Shown one piece after another: positions 50,111-60,121 of a stretch of 64,000 bases of DNA (position 1 is its first letter; the number at the start of each line of letters is the position of its first letter). The position numbers and the translations under genes were made by a program. Source of the DNA: an uncultured delta proteobacterium (GTDB lineage: Bacteria > Desulfobacterota > Zymogenia > Zymogenales > Zymogenaceae); contig CAVTLK010000002.1 of assembly GCA_963735595.1 (NCBI GenBank), forward strand, positions 192,001 to 256,000, given 5' to 3'. The notes beneath the pieces are model-generated. The model saw only the letters and a program-made list of their open reading frames with translations, was not told the DNA's origin and searched no databases.

Positions 50111-50181
50111 GGTCTATAACACATACGCCATTAAAAAATAGGGGGTTAGATGTCTTTCTAACCCCCTGTCATTATTTCTAT

Positions 50182-50225
50182 GCGGCGTCGCAGCCCGGGA
50201 TTGATAGCCTTGGACACTCGGAATT
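50182..50225 (-). pseudogene. Degenerate tRNA-Phe 3' fragment (decayed att-like site)
   Basis: gcggcgtCGCAGCCCGGGATTGAtagccttGGACACTCGGAatt has exact 16- and 11-nt blocks shared with 52686..52731; hairpin agggggttaga/tctaaccccct at 50140-50167. Confidence 0.75.
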
Positions 50226-50631
50226 AGATAAGCCATTTTGAAATCAAGTAGCTCAAGAGTGCAGTAAGCGTACAAAGACACATGCCCCAGACTATGTCAG
50301 CTATAACGACGACCAATGGCCAGTTCTTAATCGTTGCCAGGTTCGACAAATCATAGGTCGCATAGGTAAAGAACCCAAACAGGGCACCCAGGACAGCGGC
50401 CTGTACCCACGAATTACTGTTCACCGCCGGCCGAACGGCAAAGATAAGGATGCCCACAATAAATATCAGGTAGAACGTGATGGCTGCCGCCCAATTGATA
50501 CTGGGACTTAGAATAAACCCAAGCTTTCTTTGGTAAAACCCCTTCGCGATAACACCCAGCCATAACATATCAATTGCGAAAAATACCGGTACCGTCAACG
50601 CGTAAAGCTTGAGGTAAAATGAAATACTCAT
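50224..50631 (-). CDS. DUF2177 family membrane protein
   Basis: IDMLWLG, AAITFYL, YATYDLSNLAT..NW....DIVWG. Confidence 0.85.
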   Translation of the reverse strand: MSISFYLKLYALTVPVFFAIDMLWLGVIAKGFYQRKLGFILSPSINWAAAITFYLIFIVGILIFAVRPAVNSNSWVQAAVLGALFGFFTYATYDLSNLATIKNWPLVVVIADIVWGMCLCTLTALLSYLISKWLI

Positions 50632-50790
50632 CGCATTCCCTCCTCTTAACGTTCTTGTTGGTTACTGTATGCCGTCAGTAAAAGGCTGAACTCCAACGGT
50701 CGGGTTCTAAGCTGCGTACCAGGCCTTGGCTATATCCTGAGAAAAGCTCTGACAATAACAGTCCTTCCTGTATTTTCCCTGTATACCTCC

Positions 50791-51570
50791 TTATCGCTTC
50801 TTGACAAACCAGGGGATCAAGACGCTTGTCCGCCTTCTGTATTCCTCGAAACCGGGGGTCTTTTCCATAAGTCGCTCGGTCATGGGTATCCCCGAGACGA
50901 GGACGATCATGAGCGTAATCGTCAGCGGGCCGACGAACCCGATCCACCCATAGGGAACCGACAGCGCGATAATATATATGCCCCACCACATCGTGATCTC
51001 ACCGAAATAGTTCGGGTGTCTCGTATAGCGCCACAATCCCCGATCCATGATGGTTCCCCGATTCTTTGGATTTGCCAGGAATTGGTCAAGCTGATAATCT
51101 CCCACGGACTCGAAGATGAACCCGGTCATCCAGATAAGAAGACCGCATGCATCGAGCACATTCAGGCTCCCGTCGCTTGTTGTGTTTATAATGAGAACCG
51201 GGCTGATGTTGACTAAAAGGATCGCTCCCTGGAGGAGGAAGACTTGAAGATAACTCCTCGGGACGAAGAAACGGCCCCACTCTTCCCGCCATTTTCGATA
51301 ACGTGGATCTTCCCCTCTGCCCCGGTTCCGACGAAAGATCCGTATCGAGAGCCTGCTTCCCCAGATCAGGACGAGGATGCAGGTCAGGAGCTGTCGCGGA
51401 TAAAAATTGCCGACAATCCACAACGTTAACCAGGCAACGATGACAAACCCAAATCCCCACGCGATATCGGCGACGCTGTTATCCTTGCGAATCAGTGCGA
51501 TGACGAAAAGTCCCGTCATGTAGCCGAAGATGATTATCGCCGCGATGAAGAACGTGTTTACCATTTCCAT
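50791..51570 (-). CDS. DUF1295 / steroid 5-alpha-reductase-like membrane enzyme
   Basis: DIAWG, EDPRY, ESVGDYQL, GLWRYTRHPNYFGE..WWG, SGIP. Confidence 0.88.
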   Translation of the reverse strand: MEMVNTFFIAAIIIFGYMTGLFVIALIRKDNSVADIAWGFGFVIVAWLTLWIVGNFYPRQLLTCILVLIWGSRLSIRIFRRNRGRGEDPRYRKWREEWGRFFVPRSYLQVFLLQGAILLVNISPVLIINTTSDGSLNVLDACGLLIWMTGFIFESVGDYQLDQFLANPKNRGTIMDRGLWRYTRHPNYFGEITMWWGIYIIALSVPYGWIGFVGPLTITLMIVLVSGIPMTERLMEKTPGFEEYRRRTSVLIPWFVKKR

Positions 51571-51657
51571 TGAAACACCTCCCCCTCCTCGTTTCCAACA
51601 AAGGCTGATCTCACAGGCATAGGAATTCTTTCTCGTAGATACGATACACGAGCTGAT

Positions 51658-52431
51658 TTACCTGCGAGGCAGGTTTCTCTCGAATCCCGACTTTATTATA
51701 TCTCTTATTTGTTCCACCGTGTCGTCAATCTTATCCCGGTCTTTTAGAGAGACCGAAACCGGCCGATGGATTTCCATAACGGCGCGACCGGGGAACAGCC
51801 TGGTCGTTCCGGGGGGGAGGATGGACCTCGTCCCCGAGATAGATACTGGGAGGATCGGTATACCCAGGTCCGTCGCCAGGGAAAAGGCTCCTTTCTTGAA
51901 AGGGCCGATTTCCCCCGTCTTGCTCCTTGTCCCCTCGGGTAAAATGACAACTGATGTCCCCTCCACGAGCTTTTTCTTGGCCGCCTCCAGGGAAGCGTTG
52001 GCGGCCTTGGGGCTGCTCCGGTCTATGTATATGTTTCCGCCCATCTTGCCGGCAAAACCAAATACCGGGACTTTTCTCAGTTCCTTTTTCATTACCCACT
52101 TAATGTCAATGCCGAGCCAGCCGTAGAGAACAAAAATATCGTATGAGCTTTGGTGATTTGAAACAATAACATATGACTGTCCCTTCTTGATGTTCTGTCT
52201 CCCGAGGACGGTCACACGCATCGGCGTGATATAGCTATTAAAGCGGGCCCACCAGACACCCGTCGTTCGATGGGCGACCTTGTCTCCACGGAGGATTACG
52301 ACGATAACGCCGAGAAACACGAAGAAAATAGTGGAAAGTATCAGTAAAGGGATGACGATTAGCCAGACATAGACCTGGTATATCCGGAAAGCGATTGGAT
52401 TTTCGCGGCGTAAAAATCTGCCCGGGGCCAT
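51658..52431 (-). CDS. Lysophospholipid acyltransferase (PlsC family)
   Basis: NHQSSYDI (HX4D), YIDR, LPEGTRS, FKKGAF. Confidence 0.9.
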   Translation of the reverse strand: MAPGRFLRRENPIAFRIYQVYVWLIVIPLLILSTIFFVFLGVIVVILRGDKVAHRTTGVWWARFNSYITPMRVTVLGRQNIKKGQSYVIVSNHQSSYDIFVLYGWLGIDIKWVMKKELRKVPVFGFAGKMGGNIYIDRSSPKAANASLEAAKKKLVEGTSVVILPEGTRSKTGEIGPFKKGAFSLATDLGIPILPVSISGTRSILPPGTTRLFPGRAVMEIHRPVSVSLKDRDKIDDTVEQIRDIIKSGFERNLPRR

Positions 52432-52684
52432 TACTGCTAACCTACTAAATACACTATTGTACTATTATAATAGAATACTTTTAAGAGTCAATGGTCGGGA
52501 AGTAGCTTCAGCTTTGCGGGGTTATTGGCTATTGAGGGAGTGGACAGCAAGAGAGTGGCGGAGGGTACAAGAAAGAATACCGAAATCCGCAGCCTAAACT
52601 CAGATTCCAATCGAAGCACCACCTGCGTATCCGGTAACACATCATAACAAAAGGGTTACGAAATATCGTAACCCCTTTATATCA

Positions 52685-52847
52685 GTGGTGCCGCAGCCCG
52701 GGATTGAACCGGGGACACTCGGATTTTCAGTAGCCTCGTCTTGACGATACTGTACTGACATCATTGTATTTTCAATTCCCTACGATGCCCTCGAGTGCCC
52801 CGGAATGCCCTCCAATACCCGGCTTTTGTAACACTTTTTGTAACAGT
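52685..52847 (+). repeat. ~163-bp direct repeat, copy 1 (att-like junction: tRNA-Phe 3' core plus structured arm)
   Basis: Matches 62056..62219; the first ~107 nt differ at one base. Confidence 0.95.
52686..52731 (-). pseudogene. 3' half of tRNA-Phe(GAA), anticodon loop to CCA; not a full tRNA
   Basis: Minus strand A-CTGAAAA-TCCGA-GTGTC-CCCGG-TTCAATC-CCGGG-CTGCGGC-ACCA; the 5' half (GCCGCAG..D-arm..TCGGA) is absent. Confidence 0.9.
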
Positions 52848-52925
52848 ATCAAACGGATAGGCATATCGAGTATCCTTATAGGAAGACCTTGGTTTGTCCT
52901 TCAATAATCCATCACCTGCCAAGTC

Positions 52926-54512
52926 TTAGAGGGTACGACGAATTCTGTCATCGAGTAGTAGCTTCTTCTCGATCGCCTTACGCACTGTTTTGGCAAGAAC
53001 GTTATAGTCAAAGGGTTTCTCAATATAGTCATAAGCACCGAATTTAACCGCTGCAATCGCCGAGTCCTTATCCGCGTTTCCGGTGATAATGACCACCTGA
53101 GAATTAGGAGACTTGGATTTTACTTCTTTGAGTACCGCTATGCCGTCTTTCTTCGGCATGACGATATCGACAACGATGACATCATGTCTTTTAGTACCGT
53201 ACTCCTCGATAGCCTGCTGACCGTTTTCAGCCAGATCGACGCTCAGAAAGCCGTCGTCCTCCAGATATTCCTTGATCGTCTTTCTTATATTCGGTTCGTC
53301 ATCGGCGATCAGTATCTTCGCGTTGAAAACATCCTCCTTATTGATCTCGGGCAAGGGGCTGGTTTCCAGCAGGTTGTCAATTACCTCATCCTCCGCAAAG
53401 GAAATCTCTTCTTTCTGGATAGAGTACCTTCGCCCTTTCAGTAGGTTCCAGATATAGTACGCAAGCTCCTCTATAAAGAAATCTTCGCCGTGCTCCGAAT
53501 GGCTTTTCTGTTTGACGACCTTCTCCGGTTTTTTCAGGAAGTACGATGCCCCCATAAAGAGGGATTTCAGTTTTGTTTTGGGATCCGCGACTGACGTCAC
53601 GACTATAACGGGCACGTAGGGATAGTTATCTCTCAAATACGCCATGAGATCGTTTCCGCCGTATTTTTCTCCTTCGTCGGAGAGCCCCTTGATTTCAAGT
53701 TCCGTGACAAGCACGGCCGGAATTCTCTGGGTTTCGTATTCAATAATTCTGCCGAGAGCTTCTTCAGCCGTACTAAAACGTACCGTTTCAAAACCGAATT
53801 CCGTAAGACCGTCGGCGACGGCCCTTCCCGTTTCGGGGTTATTATCCACGACCACCACGACTTCGTTCGGCCTAAAGGCTCCGATCCTCTTCGCAACGCT
53901 CTCAATGGTCATCTTGATTCTTTCGCTGGTGATATCGTTTTCGTTGGTGGCTATTCTCCTAACGGAGGCAAACAGGTTGCTATGGGGCATGCCCACCGCC
54001 GCTTGTACTTCGCGTCGCCTTGTTGGGCCCCCTTCTTGGCTTCCTTCTACTTTCTCAATATCTATCAATATCTCCTCGGGGACGTTTGAATAGGAGTCCT
54101 CGTAAAACCGATATAGACCGCTCCAGAGAAACATGCTTCTTAGAACTAATTTGGAGTTATCGTTTACTATACGGCAGAAAGACTCCCGGGACAGAAAGCC
54201 TTTTCCTACTAAGTGGGATTCCAGGATATTATTCGGTTCGACCTTCTGTACCTCTAATAGCTCATTGATCTGGGTTTCGCCGACAAGTCCCTGCCGGGTG
54301 AGGTTTTCTCTAAGAGTGGCATACATTCCTGGGGAAAAAACCATGGCAATGTAACCCTCGTAGAGCGCGATGAATCCGTCCCCGTCCCGGGAACTGATGT
54401 TAAGCTCTCCCGTGAGCCCGTTTGTTTTTATCGTCTTCAGGATAAGGGATAGCTGTCCGCTCTTAAAGCTCCCGGACGGAATGCGTTTATAGATTCCAAC
54501 AGCCTGGTTCAT
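52926..54512 (-). CDS. Response regulator with DUF4388-like N-terminal domain and two receiver domains
   Basis: N-terminal L..IL......LTGEL.I...G.I....G.I...W.G.Y.F pattern; atypical REC (VTELEIKG) plus canonical REC (IADDE, VDIVMP, GAYDYIEKP). Confidence 0.75.
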   Translation of the reverse strand: MNQAVGIYKRIPSGSFKSGQLSLILKTIKTNGLTGELNISSRDGDGFIALYEGYIAMVFSPGMYATLRENLTRQGLVGETQINELLEVQKVEPNNILESHLVGKGFLSRESFCRIVNDNSKLVLRSMFLWSGLYRFYEDSYSNVPEEILIDIEKVEGSQEGGPTRRREVQAAVGMPHSNLFASVRRIATNENDITSERIKMTIESVAKRIGAFRPNEVVVVVDNNPETGRAVADGLTEFGFETVRFSTAEEALGRIIEYETQRIPAVLVTELEIKGLSDEGEKYGGNDLMAYLRDNYPYVPVIVVTSVADPKTKLKSLFMGASYFLKKPEKVVKQKSHSEHGEDFFIEELAYYIWNLLKGRRYSIQKEEISFAEDEVIDNLLETSPLPEINKEDVFNAKILIADDEPNIRKTIKEYLEDDGFLSVDLAENGQQAIEEYGTKRHDVIVVDIVMPKKDGIAVLKEVKSKSPNSQVVIITGNADKDSAIAAVKFGAYDYIEKPFDYNVLAKTVRKAIEKKLLLDDRIRRTL

Positions 54513-54574
54513 CTCTTATGCACCTCAAAGATTGTGCGCCGCAGTGACACCCGGAGTCCCCTTCGGACTTGTTT

Positions 54575-57475
54575 TCAATCGTTAGATAGGACTTCACTCA
54601 ATACTACTAGTATATCTTGAATTTCAAAGGGCTTTTCGATATATCTGTTGCCCGTGATATTCAAGAACTGCTGCGTTTCCTGGCCGAGGACGTCGCCGGT
54701 AATGAATATAATTCTTTTTGCAAGATCGGGATTCTGATTGACCAGGTAAGCGTATAATTCCTTGCCCCCCATCGTCGGCATCTTTATGTCGGAAATAACA
54801 GCGTCGAACTTCCCTTTTTTCAGAATTTCGACGGCCTTCAGGCCATTGTTGGTCGATTCAACAAAGTAACCCTCGCCCGTGAGGGTCTCTGTGATCATCT
54901 CACGCAGGGTGTCTTCGTCGTCGACGATCAGAATTGTCATATTCCCGGCGGGTTTATTTAGCACTTTCCTTTCGTGTGTGACTATAGGTTCCACATGCCT
55001 TACTACGGGTAATTCAATAATGAATTTCGTGTACTCTCCTGCTTTGCTTTCCACTTCTATCATCCCACCATGTTCGGCGACGATGCCGTAAATAATGCTG
55101 AGGCCAAGCCCGGTACCCTTGCCTACTTCCTTGGTGGTAAAGAATGGATCGAAGATCTTTTTTCGGTTTTCCTCGGGGATGCCGTCCCCATTGTCGGTGA
55201 ATTCGATGCGTACTTCTCCGTCCATATAACGGGAGCCGATTGTTACCGTACCGCCTTTTTTATTTATAAGGGCATCATGGGCATTGTTGATGAGGTTGAT
55301 GAACACCTGCTGGAACTGGAAGGGGTCGACGGCCGTCTCGGGGAGGTCGGCTGCAAGATCCAGTTTTATAGCGACGTTATCCACCCGCAACTCATACTCC
55401 CTGAGTTTGCAGGATTCCATGATGATATCGTTAATGTTAAGTATCTTTCGTTCGGGTTTGTGCTCCCGGGCGAACGCCAGCAGGCCGCTAACGATCTTCG
55501 TGCACCGGATGGATTCTTTCTGGATTGTCTCCAGCTTCTCCTTATACTCGCTCGGGATTTCCTTTCGCGTCAGGAGCTGGGCGTTGCCGATAATGGCGGT
55601 CAGGGGGTTGTTCAGCTCGTGGGCGACGCCGGACAATATCCCGCCCAGGCTGGAGAGTTTCTCCATCTGGAGGATGCGCTCTCCCATCCTCTTGGCGTCG
55701 CTAACATCCCTGATGATACCCTGAATACTACTGATGTCCCCATCATCGTCTTTACGGGCCGTTGCCGTGATGAGACAGTCGACAAGCTCGCCGTTTTTCT
55801 TCTTTAAGATCACCTCATAATCCTTCACAAACCCTTCTCTGACTAGCTTCCTCATGAGCGATTCACGGTCACGCGGGTATTTATAGATATCATCTAACTG
55901 TATTTCAAGTAACAAATCCCTGGTATACCCGAGGAGTTCTTCACCGGTACGGTTGATATCGATGAACCTCCCCTCTTTGGTGGACAGGTAAATGACGTCC
56001 TTGGAGGATTCGAAGAGGTTTCGCCACTTTTCTTCCGACTCTCTGATCCTGATCTCCCCCAGCCGTTGGGACAGCGCCATCGCGACGCTGTCTGAAAGCC
56101 TTTCGAATAGCGAGATCAACTCCGGGGTGAAACATCCCTTTCTTTTATCGTTAAACTGAATCAGCCCGAACGTCTCGCTTCCGTAGCGCAGCGGGACGAG
56201 CGCCACCGACTCGTACCCCTCGCCGTTGCACCTGTTCCTTATGCGCGCCTGCCGATCATTTTCAGTAGTGGTTGCTAAAAGCCCGGTCGTGCTATTCGTC
56301 CAGTAACTCCCGTTCTTGGTGAAGAATGGCTTTGAGGGATCGAAACGCCCCCGTATGACGTTGCCGCACATGCACTCCAGTATCGGATTGCCCGCATCAT
56401 CGCGCAGCAATTGCCCCGATTCGTCATACGCGCACAGTCGCCTCTCCAGCTCGACGAATCCCTCATGGAAACCCTTTGTCTCGAAGTAGGGGAAATCCTC
56501 CCCGTCCTGAAGCCTGATGCCCACCGCCTCAACCCCGAACGACTCATGGAGAGCCGCTATTAGAGATTTTATGAGTTCGGTGATGTCGTACGTAGTATTA
56601 ATGGAGCGCAGGACCTTTAACGTTGTCTCGCGTTCATGTTCTAACTCCTTCTGCTCGGTGATGTCCTGGAAGGTCCCCGTGAGCTTTACCACCTTGCCGT
56701 TAGTCGTCACCGCCCGGCCGATCGCGCGGGTCCAGAGATGCCGCCCTTTCGCGCTGGTGAACGGGAGCTCAAGATCGTACGAGTCTCCCTTCTCGATGCC
56801 ACGGCGCATTGCCTCCTCAAGAACGGCCCGGCCAGGCTCATCAAAAAAAAGAGCCGCTTTCGACAGACGGATACTTTCTCCTTCGTCAACCTCGTGAATC
56901 CTGTAGGTCTCTCTCGTCCAGTGGACCTCCTTTGTGTCGGCTAAGAGCTCCCAGCCACCCACATGCGCCATGGTGCCGACCTCATTGAGCAGGGTTTCGC
57001 TTTCCAGCAACGCTGCCTCCGCCTTCTTCCTCTCCATAAGCTCCCGGCGAACTTCCTCAAGGAGCCGCCGGTTTTCCAACACCAGGCGTTGCTTTTCGAG
57101 AACGTCGGCGACCTTTCCCAGGACCTCATCCATGTTCAGCGGCTTGGTGATGTAGCCCGCCGCCCCCTCGTTGAGGGCGCGCACCGACGTGTCAAGGGAG
57201 GCGAATCCGGTGGCCATTATGACCGCAATATCGGGATTGATCTCCTTTAAAGGCTTGATCAGCTCGATCCCTAATATATCGGGAAGCCTGATATCTAAGA
57301 GGGCTAAGTTGAAGAACTTCCCCGTCACCGCGGCAAGCGCCTCCTTTCCCGTCCCGGCCGTGTGCGTCTCATAGCCCTTCTTCTTGAAAATCAAAGAAAG
57401 GCTCTTTCGGGTGCTCTCATCGTCATCGACGATCAGGATGTGTGCTTTCTCTTCCATCTTCGTGCCTGTTTTCAT
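54575..57475 (-). CDS. Hybrid sensor histidine kinase (REC-PAS-GAF-PAS-HisKA-HATPase-REC)
   Basis: IVDDD/DIRLP, VGGWE PAS, Cys-rich GAF ([12 protein letters not shown]), [18 protein letters not shown]. Confidence 0.9.
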   Translation of the reverse strand: MKTGTKMEEKAHILIVDDDESTRKSLSLIFKKKGYETHTAGTGKEALAAVTGKFFNLALLDIRLPDILGIELIKPLKEINPDIAVIMATGFASLDTSVRALNEGAAGYITKPLNMDEVLGKVADVLEKQRLVLENRRLLEEVRRELMERKKAEAALLESETLLNEVGTMAHVGGWELLADTKEVHWTRETYRIHEVDEGESIRLSKAALFFDEPGRAVLEEAMRRGIEKGDSYDLELPFTSAKGRHLWTRAIGRAVTTNGKVVKLTGTFQDITEQKELEHERETTLKVLRSINTTYDITELIKSLIAALHESFGVEAVGIRLQDGEDFPYFETKGFHEGFVELERRLCAYDESGQLLRDDAGNPILECMCGNVIRGRFDPSKPFFTKNGSYWTNSTTGLLATTTENDRQARIRNRCNGEGYESVALVPLRYGSETFGLIQFNDKRKGCFTPELISLFERLSDSVAMALSQRLGEIRIRESEEKWRNLFESSKDVIYLSTKEGRFIDINRTGEELLGYTRDLLLEIQLDDIYKYPRDRESLMRKLVREGFVKDYEVILKKKNGELVDCLITATARKDDDGDISSIQGIIRDVSDAKRMGERILQMEKLSSLGGILSGVAHELNNPLTAIIGNAQLLTRKEIPSEYKEKLETIQKESIRCTKIVSGLLAFAREHKPERKILNINDIIMESCKLREYELRVDNVAIKLDLAADLPETAVDPFQFQQVFINLINNAHDALINKKGGTVTIGSRYMDGEVRIEFTDNGDGIPEENRKKIFDPFFTTKEVGKGTGLGLSIIYGIVAEHGGMIEVESKAGEYTKFIIELPVVRHVEPIVTHERKVLNKPAGNMTILIVDDEDTLREMITETLTGEGYFVESTNNGLKAVEILKKGKFDAVISDIKMPTMGGKELYAYLVNQNPDLAKRIIFITGDVLGQETQQFLNITGNRYIEKPFEIQDILVVLSEVLSND

Positions 57476-58224
57476 CGTTTGCGGTATTTCTTACGCACTA
57501 TTTCATCCACCATTCTGAGGAGGACCTCGATGTCAAAGGGCTTGTAGATGCAGGTGTAGGCGTCGCTTTTTATGGCATCATTAACCAGTGTCTCCGTCTC
57601 CTGCCGATACGCGGTAGTCATGACGGCCACCGTTTCCGGACTGACCTTCTTGAGGGAAAGATAGGTTTCCAGGCCGTTTATCGTCGGCAGTTTCATGTCG
57701 ATGAAGATGATCCGGTATTTCTTCTTTTTTGCCATCCGGATCGCCTCTTCGCCCGTATGGGCGATGCCGGTCTCGTATCCTTTTCGCGTGAGGATATTTT
57801 TCAGGGTAACGCACGTGCTCTCGTCGTCATCCACCACAAGGATAAAGCCCCCGTCTTTGCTTTTCATCGCGTCGTCGATGAGGGCGGTCACCGTTTCGAT
57901 ATCTATGGGCTTGTACAGTACTCCGCCCACCCCTTCTCTCAGGGCTTCCTGGATCAGCTCATCGACCGCATACGCGGTCATCATCATGACGACGGCCTCG
58001 GGACGTATCTTCTTAATCTCTTTATATGCCTCAACCCCGTTCATGACAGGCATTTTGATGTCCATGAAGATGACGTCAAACGGCCTCTCCTTGACCCTCT
58101 CGATAGCCTCAGACCCGTCCTTGGCGGTGGCGACCTCGTACCCCTTGCGCTTGAGGATAAGAGAGATCGTCCGGGTCTGGCTTTCGTCGTCGTCCACGAT
58201 TAAAATAGCAGGATTCTTTTCCAT
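57472..58224 (-). CDS. Tandem double-receiver response regulator with no output domain
   Basis: Two REC domains (IVDDDE..MDIKMP..KP; VVDDDE..IDMKLP..KP). Confidence 0.88.
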   Translation of the reverse strand: MEKNPAILIVDDDESQTRTISLILKRKGYEVATAKDGSEAIERVKERPFDVIFMDIKMPVMNGVEAYKEIKKIRPEAVVMMMTAYAVDELIQEALREGVGGVLYKPIDIETVTALIDDAMKSKDGGFILVVDDDESTCVTLKNILTRKGYETGIAHTGEEAIRMAKKKKYRIIFIDMKLPTINGLETYLSLKKVSPETVAVMTTAYRQETETLVNDAIKSDAYTCIYKPFDIEVLLRMVDEIVRKKYRKR

Positions 58225-58225
58225 G

Positions 58226-60109
58226 TTACCTTCTCTCCCCGATGCCGACGGGCAGCCGGACCGTAAACGTGCTGCCCTTGCCGACCCTGCTCTTTACCTT
58301 GATCGTCCCCCCGTGGCCCTCGATCAGGGTCTTGGTGAGCGCGAGACCCAGGCCCACGCCCTTGGCCTTTGTGGTAAAGAGCGGCTCAAAGACCTTCTTG
58401 ATATTTTCCTCGGAGATGCCGGCGCCCGTATCCGTAACGGAGACGGCGACATGCCCGGCGTCTGAGGTTTCGGTCTTTATCGTCAATTTCCCCCCCTCGT
58501 GCATGGCCTGAGCCGCGTTTCTAATGATATTCCCGAACACCTGCCCAAGCTGATCAGGATCGGCAAGGACGGTCGGTAGCGATCCCCACTCGCTGGATAC
58601 GGCGACGTTTTCAGGCATGGTTATGCGGGACAACGACTCTTTGACCACCTCGTTGATATCGGTCTTTCGCATAACGGGCAGTTTTGGGCGGGCAAAGCTG
58701 AGAATACTGTTAATGATTCCCTCGGAAATCTCCACCTCTTTGCCGATGATCTCTATGGATTCGCTAACCTCGGGGTCCGGTTTCTCTACCGCCATCTTGA
58801 GGAAGTAGGCGGCGTTCTTGATGGCCCCCAGCGGATTTCTCAGCTCATGAGCCACTCCGCCGGCCAACTGGCCCAGAAGCGCCAGTTTCTCACCGCGGAT
58901 GAGTTGATCCTGGGCGTCTTTGAGTTTTTGGATCATCTTCTCAAAGGCAACGGCGAAACTGCCAAGCTCGTCCTTCCTCTTGAGTAGTTCGGGATCGACC
59001 TTCACGTCGAGTTTCCTTGAGGCGACCTCACATGTCATCACCGTCAGTCTATTGATTGGCTTAATAATCGACAACGATAAGGATATGACGATGAGTATAC
59101 CGGTAATAACAAACACGAGTGAAGTTATCCCCATCACCCTGCGCAGTGCTAATATCGGCTTGAGGACTTCTTTCGCGTCGTATGAGACCAGAAGGATCGC
59201 GTTGAGGCCCCGGTAACCGAGATACGGTTGGGAGCGGGCGTAGGAAAAGAGTTTTTTCTTGCCGCCTACTTTGGCTATGAAAAATCCGTCATTTCCTTTG
59301 ATCTCTTTATAGAAGCTCTTTCCCGACATGTCTTCGAGAAAGGAAAAGGCATTCGTCGCGTAGATAAGCTTGCCTTCCTGCGTGATCAGCCTGATTTCCA
59401 TCGTCTCGGAGGTTTTTTTTGAGATCTCCGCCTTGGTAACGACGTCCTTGAGGCTCAGGATGCCGCCGATCACCCCGATGAAGTTACCCTGGTCGTCGTC
59501 TACCCTGACAACGGTGTTGACCCCGTACGTATCCGAGCTCTCGTCGTAAAAGATATCGCTGACGAAAGAGCCTTTGTCCCGCGCGTTCTTCCAGTTATCG
59601 TACGTATCGTTCCGGTAACCGGATGTCCGGCCGGTAACGGCCACGGCCGCTCCGTATTTGTTCGTGACGATGATCTCGCTGAAGACGGTGTACCCGTATT
59701 TCCTGTCGTAAAAATCGATGAACTCGCTCCTCAGTGAGGCCGACAGCCTGTTATCCATGATCCCCCTCACGAAGGGGTCCTCCGAGCCGGGCGGGGCCGA
59801 AACCCATTCCTTGTCCCTTCGGCTTAGGTACTCCTCGATATCGGGGATACTCTGGAATTCCCTGTTCGATGCCTCGAGCGTCTCCTGCAGCAGGTCGTGT
59901 TTCGAATGTATTTGGAGAAGCTCAGTTTTATTATATATGTACTGGTTCATCCGATCGAGCATCTCCTCGGTGACAAGTACCGTGTTACTGCCGATGGATT
60001 GTTCCAACGCCTTCTGGCTCATAACCACCAGGTAGAGCGCCATGGCGACCATTAAAAGCAGCATCAGCAGAAAGCCGATAGAGAGCCTCGTTCCTATCTT
60101 CATGATCAT
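58226..60109 (-). CDS. Membrane sensor histidine kinase (Cache-like periplasmic domain, HAMP)
   Basis: Two TM segments, HAMP (DELGSFAVAF), GVAHELRNPL, FEPLFTTK, GLGL. Confidence 0.9.
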   Translation of the reverse strand: MIMKIGTRLSIGFLLMLLLMVAMALYLVVMSQKALEQSIGSNTVLVTEEMLDRMNQYIYNKTELLQIHSKHDLLQETLEASNREFQSIPDIEEYLSRRDKEWVSAPPGSEDPFVRGIMDNRLSASLRSEFIDFYDRKYGYTVFSEIIVTNKYGAAVAVTGRTSGYRNDTYDNWKNARDKGSFVSDIFYDESSDTYGVNTVVRVDDDQGNFIGVIGGILSLKDVVTKAEISKKTSETMEIRLITQEGKLIYATNAFSFLEDMSGKSFYKEIKGNDGFFIAKVGGKKKLFSYARSQPYLGYRGLNAILLVSYDAKEVLKPILALRRVMGITSLVFVITGILIVISLSLSIIKPINRLTVMTCEVASRKLDVKVDPELLKRKDELGSFAVAFEKMIQKLKDAQDQLIRGEKLALLGQLAGGVAHELRNPLGAIKNAAYFLKMAVEKPDPEVSESIEIIGKEVEISEGIINSILSFARPKLPVMRKTDINEVVKESLSRITMPENVAVSSEWGSLPTVLADPDQLGQVFGNIIRNAAQAMHEGGKLTIKTETSDAGHVAVSVTDTGAGISEENIKKVFEPLFTTKAKGVGLGLALTKTLIEGHGGTIKVKSRVGKGSTFTVRLPVGIGERR

Positions 60110-60121
60110 CTCCTCCCATCC

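Noticed and set aside
52686..52731. Functional tRNA-Phe genes here and at 62057-62102
   Set aside because: Only the anticodon loop to CCA is present; the acceptor 5' strand, D-arm and most of the 5' anticodon stem are missing.
52771..52847. CRISPR array or replication iterons
   Set aside because: Units are only 10-12 bp with no unique spacers, and no cas or rep gene is nearby; an att-site arm explains them better.
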